Below, in pieces: positions 59,381 to 64,000 of a DNA stretch of 64,000 bases. A program made the position numbers and the translations under genes. The stretch's first letter is position 1; every line of letters begins with the position of its first letter. Source of the stretch: an uncultured Nitrospiraceae bacterium (GTDB lineage Bacteria; Nitrospirota; Thermodesulfovibrionia; Thermodesulfovibrionales; Dissulfurispiraceae); the NCBI GenBank assembly GCA_963727805.1, contig CAVSHF010000003.1, positions 960,001-1,024,000 on the forward strand. The letters are read 5' to 3'. The notes under the pieces were generated by a model, which did no database searches, was not told where the DNA came from, and saw only the letters and a list, made by a program, of their open reading frames with translations.

Positions 59381-60859
59381 TTATGACTCCTTTAAAAAAT
59401 TCAGCAGCAGTCTGACTCCGACACCTGAAGCACCTTTGGGTGAGTAAGGCCTTTCGTTGTCATTCCAGGCTGCGCCAGCGATATCGAGATGAACCCATGG
59501 GGTTTCACCAACAAATTCTCTGAGAAAGCACGCCGAGGATGAAAGCGCCCCTTTTCTGCCCCCCACATTCTTGACATCCGCGATATCACTCTTCAAGTAA
59601 TCCTTATACTCTTCAAAGAGAGGCATGGGCCACACCCTTTCATAGACCTCTTCTGAAGCTGCCCTCAGCCGGTTCATGAGTACTTTATCAGTACCCATCA
59701 TTGCGATGGCTTCATTGCCGAATGCCATGCTGCATGCTCCCGTAAGTGTGGCAATATCTATGATCGCACCCGGCTTCTTATATTTTATTGCATAACCGAT
59801 GGCATCTGCAAGTGTCAGTCTGCCTTCGGCATCGGTGCTGATGATTTCGACGGTCTTTCCCGTTATCGTCCCGACAACATCCCCCGGCCTCGATGCGCTG
59901 CCCCCAACGAGGTTCTCGACCGCCGGCAGGATTCCGATAACATTTACCGGCAGCTTCATTGTGGATATCGCCTTGAGCACTGAGAGGACGGCAGCACCGC
60001 CTGCCATGTCGTACTTCATCTTTTCCATCCCGTCGCCTGGCTTGATATCAAGCCCTCCACTGTCGAAGGTGACCGACTTGCCGATAAGCACGAGCGGCCT
60101 GCCTTTCCCGCCCTTATATTCGATAATAATGAATTTCGGCGGCTCGTTGGAACCTTTTGTTACCGAAAGATAGGCACCCATTTTTTCCTTCTCGATTTCC
60201 CGCCTTTCGAGGATTTGCACAGTTACTCTTTTCCCTATAAGAGACTTTGAAATACTTGCCATGGCAGTCGGTGTCATATCGTTGGAGGGTGTATTGACCA
60301 AATCCCTGGCAAGAAACGTGGCTGAAACGAGGGTCTGAAGCCATACAACAGGAAGCGTCTTGTCGTCATCGAGGACAGTGATTGATGACATAGCTTTCTC
60401 TAGCTTGCCATTGTCATGCGTCGTCTTATATTTCTCGAAACAGTAAATGCCGAGGAGCCCTCCCTCAAGGAAATAGAATATCGGTTGCTGCGCAAAGTGG
60501 ACCTCACCAGGGAGATAAGCGAATATCCTTGTGGACACCGCCACCTTAACCATACCCAGCTCTTTCAATTCTGAGAAGGCTTTTGCTCCCGCCTGCCTGA
60601 TCTTCTCTTGAGAGAGTCCTTGCCTCTTGCCTAAGCCCGTCAGAAGTATTCTTGAGGAATTGATGTTGTTCACAGGAAGCAGCATGTTCTGCCCATGCCT
60701 GCCAATAAAATCTCTGCTGTTAATGCTCCTGGATATGACGCCGTTGACCATAAGGTCGAGGCCCGAATAGCTGTCAGTAGCATAATCCTCGAAGAACGGA
60801 AGGATGAGAATGTCGGCCTCAACCTGCTCTTCCAAGACGTCTCTTATAAAAATATTCAT
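59381..60859 (-). CDS. pepA: leucyl aminopeptidase (M17)
   Basis: GK.VTFDSGG; MKYDM.G; TDAEGRL.LAD; D.ATLTGA; HLDIAG. Confidence 0.95.
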   Translation of the reverse strand: MNIFIRDVLEEQVEADILILPFFEDYATDSYSGLDLMVNGVISRSINSRDFIGRHGQNMLLPVNNINSSRILLTGLGKRQGLSQEKIRQAGAKAFSELKELGMVKVAVSTRIFAYLPGEVHFAQQPIFYFLEGGLLGIYCFEKYKTTHDNGKLEKAMSSITVLDDDKTLPVVWLQTLVSATFLARDLVNTPSNDMTPTAMASISKSLIGKRVTVQILERREIEKEKMGAYLSVTKGSNEPPKFIIIEYKGGKGRPLVLIGKSVTFDSGGLDIKPGDGMEKMKYDMAGGAAVLSVLKAISTMKLPVNVIGILPAVENLVGGSASRPGDVVGTITGKTVEIISTDAEGRLTLADAIGYAIKYKKPGAIIDIATLTGACSMAFGNEAIAMMGTDKVLMNRLRAASEEVYERVWPMPLFEEYKDYLKSDIADVKNVGGRKGALSSSACFLREFVGETPWVHLDIAGAAWNDNERPYSPKGASGVGVRLLLNFLKES

Positions 60860-61479
60860 TCTGTTCGGAGGGGGGGCGTCTTGGCAGTCCTGTTGCAGGT
60901 ATTCATCGCCTTTTCAATGCCGCCGGTTATAATTGACTCAACAGCATCCATAGCTTTTATTATACCATCTTCGATGACCTTTTTTTCTGAGGCCTTGAAG
61001 CGGCGCAGCACATATTCATCGACAGGCATCTCTCTATCTCTTCCGATGCCAATCTTGATTCTGACAAATTTCTTTGTGCCGATTTCCCTAATAATAGACT
61101 CGATGCCTTTGTGTCCGCCCGACGACCCAGCGAGTCTTATCTTCACGACGCCAGGCTCAAGATCGAGGTCATCATGGATAACAATAAAATTACCGACCTC
61201 CCCTTCCCGGATGAGATTAAACTTCTTCAGTACTTTCCTGACGGCAACACCACTTAAATTCATATAGGTGAGTGGTTTAAGCAGTACTACCGGAGTAGCA
61301 TCGATACTGCCTTTTCCGAGGGAATAGCCGTCCCTTACGGCAAGCGGGACACGAAATGCGTCGGAGAGCCTTTCAAGAACCATAAAACCGACATTATGGC
61401 GCGTTGCTGAGTACTTCTCGCCCGGATTGCCAAGGCCGGTAATAATCCACAAATTTGTAGAATCGGTTTGCATAAGCAA
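60856..61479 (-). CDS. pth: peptidyl-tRNA hydrolase
   Basis: GLGNPG..Y..TRHNVGF; KP.TYMNLSG; HDDLD; GGH.G. Confidence 0.95.
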   Translation of the reverse strand: MLMQTDSTNLWIITGLGNPGEKYSATRHNVGFMVLERLSDAFRVPLAVRDGYSLGKGSIDATPVVLLKPLTYMNLSGVAVRKVLKKFNLIREGEVGNFIVIHDDLDLEPGVVKIRLAGSSGGHKGIESIIREIGTKKFVRIKIGIGRDREMPVDEYVLRRFKASEKKVIEDGIIKAMDAVESIITGGIEKAMNTCNRTAKTPPLRTE

Positions 61480-61504
61480 CAGTCGTCTGGGCGCCTTAAA
61501 AACG

Positions 61505-61540
61505 GAAGCTCTGAAGAAGATGCGTTATCTTCAGAGCTTC
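61505..61540. terminator. hairpin between rplY and pth
   Basis: GAAGCTCTGAAGA/TCTTCAGAGCTTC inverted repeat. Confidence 0.6.
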
Positions 61541-61558
61541 AACATTTCCGGTAAGGTT

Positions 61559-62206
61559 CTATCCGGCAGCTTCCTCGGTCTTCTTGCCCTTTTTTATGAC
61601 TTCCGGCTCGACAACCTCAACAGCAACCGCTTCAGGTTCCACAACAACTTCCTCCTTGATCGCCGTGACGGTAACGATCATTTTTCCGGGATCCGTGATG
61701 ACCCTGATACCCTCTTCGAGCTTCAGGTCGCTGACATGAATTGTCTGGCCTATTAAGAGATTACTAACATCCACGGTGACATGGCCGGGGATCTTGTCGG
61801 GAAGACACTCAATCTCGATTTCCCTGATGCCGTACTGCAATATACCCTTATCTCTCTTGACTCCTATTGCTTCGCCAGTTGTGACGATATGAACCGCAAT
61901 CTCAATCTCTTCGGTAGCGGATATTTCTTGAAAATCCACATGAAGCAGTTCCCCCAGAAGCGGGTCAACCTGATAATCCTTGACAATAGCCTGCTTCTGC
62001 CCCTCCGGCAAATCGAGGTTCACAAGCACCTGCTCACCGGCAGTCTTGTTGATGAACTGGGACAACTCTTTTGCCGCAATCTGCACCGGCAAAGATGCGC
62101 CCCCCCGGTACACAATTGCAGGTGTATATCCGCTTCGCCTTAGGCTCCGCGCTCCACCTTTGCCTCTCGCCTCTCTTTTTGCTACGTTAAGACTAAATCT
62201 TTCCAT
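61559..62206 (-). CDS. rplY: 50S ribosomal protein bL25/Ctc
   Basis: R..GKG.AR.LR..G..PAIVY; Q.DP....LHVDF; acidic tail. Confidence 0.95.
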   Translation of the reverse strand: MERFSLNVAKREARGKGGARSLRRSGYTPAIVYRGGASLPVQIAAKELSQFINKTAGEQVLVNLDLPEGQKQAIVKDYQVDPLLGELLHVDFQEISATEEIEIAVHIVTTGEAIGVKRDKGILQYGIREIEIECLPDKIPGHVTVDVSNLLIGQTIHVSDLKLEEGIRVITDPGKMIVTVTAIKEEVVVEPEAVAVEVVEPEVIKKGKKTEEAAG

Positions 62207-62260
62207 AATTCCTCCTCAAATATAGCATCACATGCTTGGTTTTTCTATTTGGTTTTTCTA

Positions 62261-63202
62261 TCATGAAAAAAGGGAACTCACTGAGCTTTCGTCGTGGATC
62301 CTCTTTATGGCTTCCCCTAGAAGTTTCGATATCGATAAGACCTCCAGCTTGCTGCAAATCGCCATCTTTTCCCTAAGTGGAATAGTATCGGTGGCTATTA
62401 CCTTTTCGAGTGGCGAGGCATTGATTCTCTCGATAGCTGGCCCCGAAAGCACTGCATGCGTGCATGCTGCCATAACCCTCCGTGCACCGCCGTCGATCAA
62501 GGCCTGCGCTGCCTGAGTCGTCGTCCCCGCAGTATCGATCATATCATCAAGAATAATGGCATCCTTGCCTCTGACATCTCCAATAACATGCATGACTTTG
62601 GAAACATTGGCGACTTCCCGACGTTTATCGATTATGGCAAGAGAGGCGTTGAGCCTTCGGGCAAAGGATCTCGCCCTTTCAACCCCGCCCGCATCGGGAG
62701 AGACGATCACCAGTTCGTTGAATTCACATTTCTTTAAAAAATCGTACAAAACCGGCGCCGCGTAAAGATGATCAACCGGTATGTTGAAAAAACCCTGAAT
62801 CTGTCCTGCATGCAGGTCTATCGTCAATACCCGGTTCGTCCCGGCAGCCGTCAGTAAATCGGCAACTAGTTTGGACGATATAGGAACACGAGGTTGGACC
62901 TTCCGGTCCTGTCTCCCATAACCGTAATATGGAATGACCGCCGTTATTCTACTTGCCGACGCCCTTTTGAGCGCGTCGATTACGAGAAGCAACTCCATGA
63001 TATTATTACTTACCGGCGTGCACGTAGGCTGAATTACGAAAATGTCAGAGCCCCTCACATTTTCATTGATCTGAACCATAAGTTCGCCGTCACTGAAAGT
63101 TGTCACTGTAGTATCGGTCAAAGGGATGCCGATATACTCGCTGACTCTTCTTGCAAGCTCCCTGTTTGCGTTGCCAGTAAGAATTTGAATACCGTTAGGC
63201 AT
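62261..63202 (-). CDS. prs: ribose-phosphate pyrophosphokinase
   Basis: [51 protein letters not shown] before MPNG. Confidence 0.97.
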   Translation of the reverse strand: MPNGIQILTGNANRELARRVSEYIGIPLTDTTVTTFSDGELMVQINENVRGSDIFVIQPTCTPVSNNIMELLLVIDALKRASASRITAVIPYYGYGRQDRKVQPRVPISSKLVADLLTAAGTNRVLTIDLHAGQIQGFFNIPVDHLYAAPVLYDFLKKCEFNELVIVSPDAGGVERARSFARRLNASLAIIDKRREVANVSKVMHVIGDVRGKDAIILDDMIDTAGTTTQAAQALIDGGARRVMAACTHAVLSGPAIERINASPLEKVIATDTIPLREKMAICSKLEVLSISKLLGEAIKRIHDESSVSSLFS

Positions 63203-63257
63203 TTTACTTCCCTCCAAAATTTTTTAAGTCTCAAAAGCTTGCTAAAACCGATTATAA

Positions 63258-63329
63258 CTGGGGCGCCAGGATTCGAACCTGGGAGTGGCAGATCCAAAAT
63301 CTGCTGGCTTACCGCTTGCCGACGCCCCA
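63258..63329 (-). tRNA. tRNA-Gln(TTG)
   Basis: TGGGGCG acceptor; GCAGA-TT-TTG-GA-TCTGC; CCAGG-TTCGAAT-CCTGG; usual ispE-tRNA-Gln-prs position. Confidence 0.95.
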
Positions 63330-63425
63330 TTTAGGACACAGAGGATAGGAATCAGGGATCATGCTATCTCTAGATTCACTATTTTTCACTCTTTCATCCT
63401 GTATTCTAACCTTTTAAAACAACGA

Positions 63426-64000
63426 TTACCGTGTATTCACCACCCTGCGCCAGTATGGGGAAAAAAGTTGAGACGCCTTATGGGCGCTCTCCCTATCCTC
63501 AAATAGGCCGAATACTGCTGAACCACTTCCGCTCAGGAGTGCGACTGAAGCCCCTGCCGCCAAAAGCCTCTCCTTAATTTCACCAATAACAGGATGCTTC
63601 TCCATCGCAACCTTTTCAAAGTCATTGTGCAGAAGAGACCGAAGGAGCGAAAGAGGCCCATTATTCAACACTTCAACAATTAGCTTGATATTATTAAGCT
63701 TTTCCTCAGTATTTGTCAAATCTGAGATGGTGCTTTTAGTGCCTCTCGAGTCCGCCATTGCCTTATACGCCCAAGCTGTCGGAATTGAGGCTTCGGGTTT
63801 GATGAGCAGCAGCGTTCGAGAACTGGAAATATGTTCGGGACACAGCATTTCGCCTCGACCCTGAGCCAGCGCAGCTGGACTATCGAAAAAAAACGCCACG
63901 TCGGATCCAAGCGTGACTCCAATCCGCTTGAGCACATTAGTTTCCAATTTCAATCCCCATAATCTGTTCAAACCGATTAGCGCATAGGCGGCATCACTGC
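63426..64000 (-). CDS. ispE: 4-diphosphocytidyl-2C-methyl-D-erythritol kinase (5' part outside the window)
   Basis: SDAA.AL..LNRLW; LGSDV.FF; GRGE; NDFE; LSGSGSAVFG. Confidence 0.93.
   Translation of the reverse strand, partial: SDAAYALIGLNRLWGLKLETNVLKRIGVTLGSDVAFFFDSPAALAQGRGEMLCPEHISSSRTLLLIKPEASIPTAWAYKAMADSRGTKSTISDLTNTEEKLNNIKLIVEVLNNGPLSLLRSLLHNDFEKVAMEKHPVIGEIKERLLAAGASVALLSGSGSAVFGLFEDRESAHKASQLFSPYWRRVVNTR

Noticed and set aside
1..64000. CRISPR array, prophage, intact transposase or integrase
   Set aside because: No repeat-spacer array, cas, phage or full-length mobile-element genes seen

Overview
Bacterial chromosomal window, probably from an anaerobic sulfur-cycling Nitrospirota/Desulfobacterota-like organism (inferred from gene content only). 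The right end (51.4-64 kb) is housekeeping: tRNA-Thr, macrodomain, larC, iorA, hypD, moeA, pepA, pth, rplY, prs, tRNA-Gln and ispE. The left 51 kb is accessory: rhodaneses, a TonB system, a glycosylation module, an AKR/DUF362/polyferredoxin operon, a roughly 10 kb copper-handling island, yeeE, three sensor kinases and several pseudogenes. The strongest signals are missing from the ORF track. (1) Two diverged minus-strand copies (42-162 and 34188-34317) of a tRNA-Sec-shaped RNA carry Cys identity (GCA anticodon, U73, encoded CCA) and a giant variable arm. Each is fused to a conserved, covarying leader of about 180 nt and lies beside sulfur-trafficking genes. (2) A 39-codon ORF with a perfect RBS ends C-R-K-UGA-S-S-UGA-K-S-UAA. 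It is followed by a SECIS-like hairpin, a terminator and a frameshifted radical-SAM remnant, and preceded by a highly structured leader of about 340 nt, so it is a candidate double-selenocysteine RiPP precursor locus. (3) Two paralogous metal-sensing, arrest-peptide-like uORFs sit in front of copper operons. All RNA structures were paired by eye; no folding program or database search was run.
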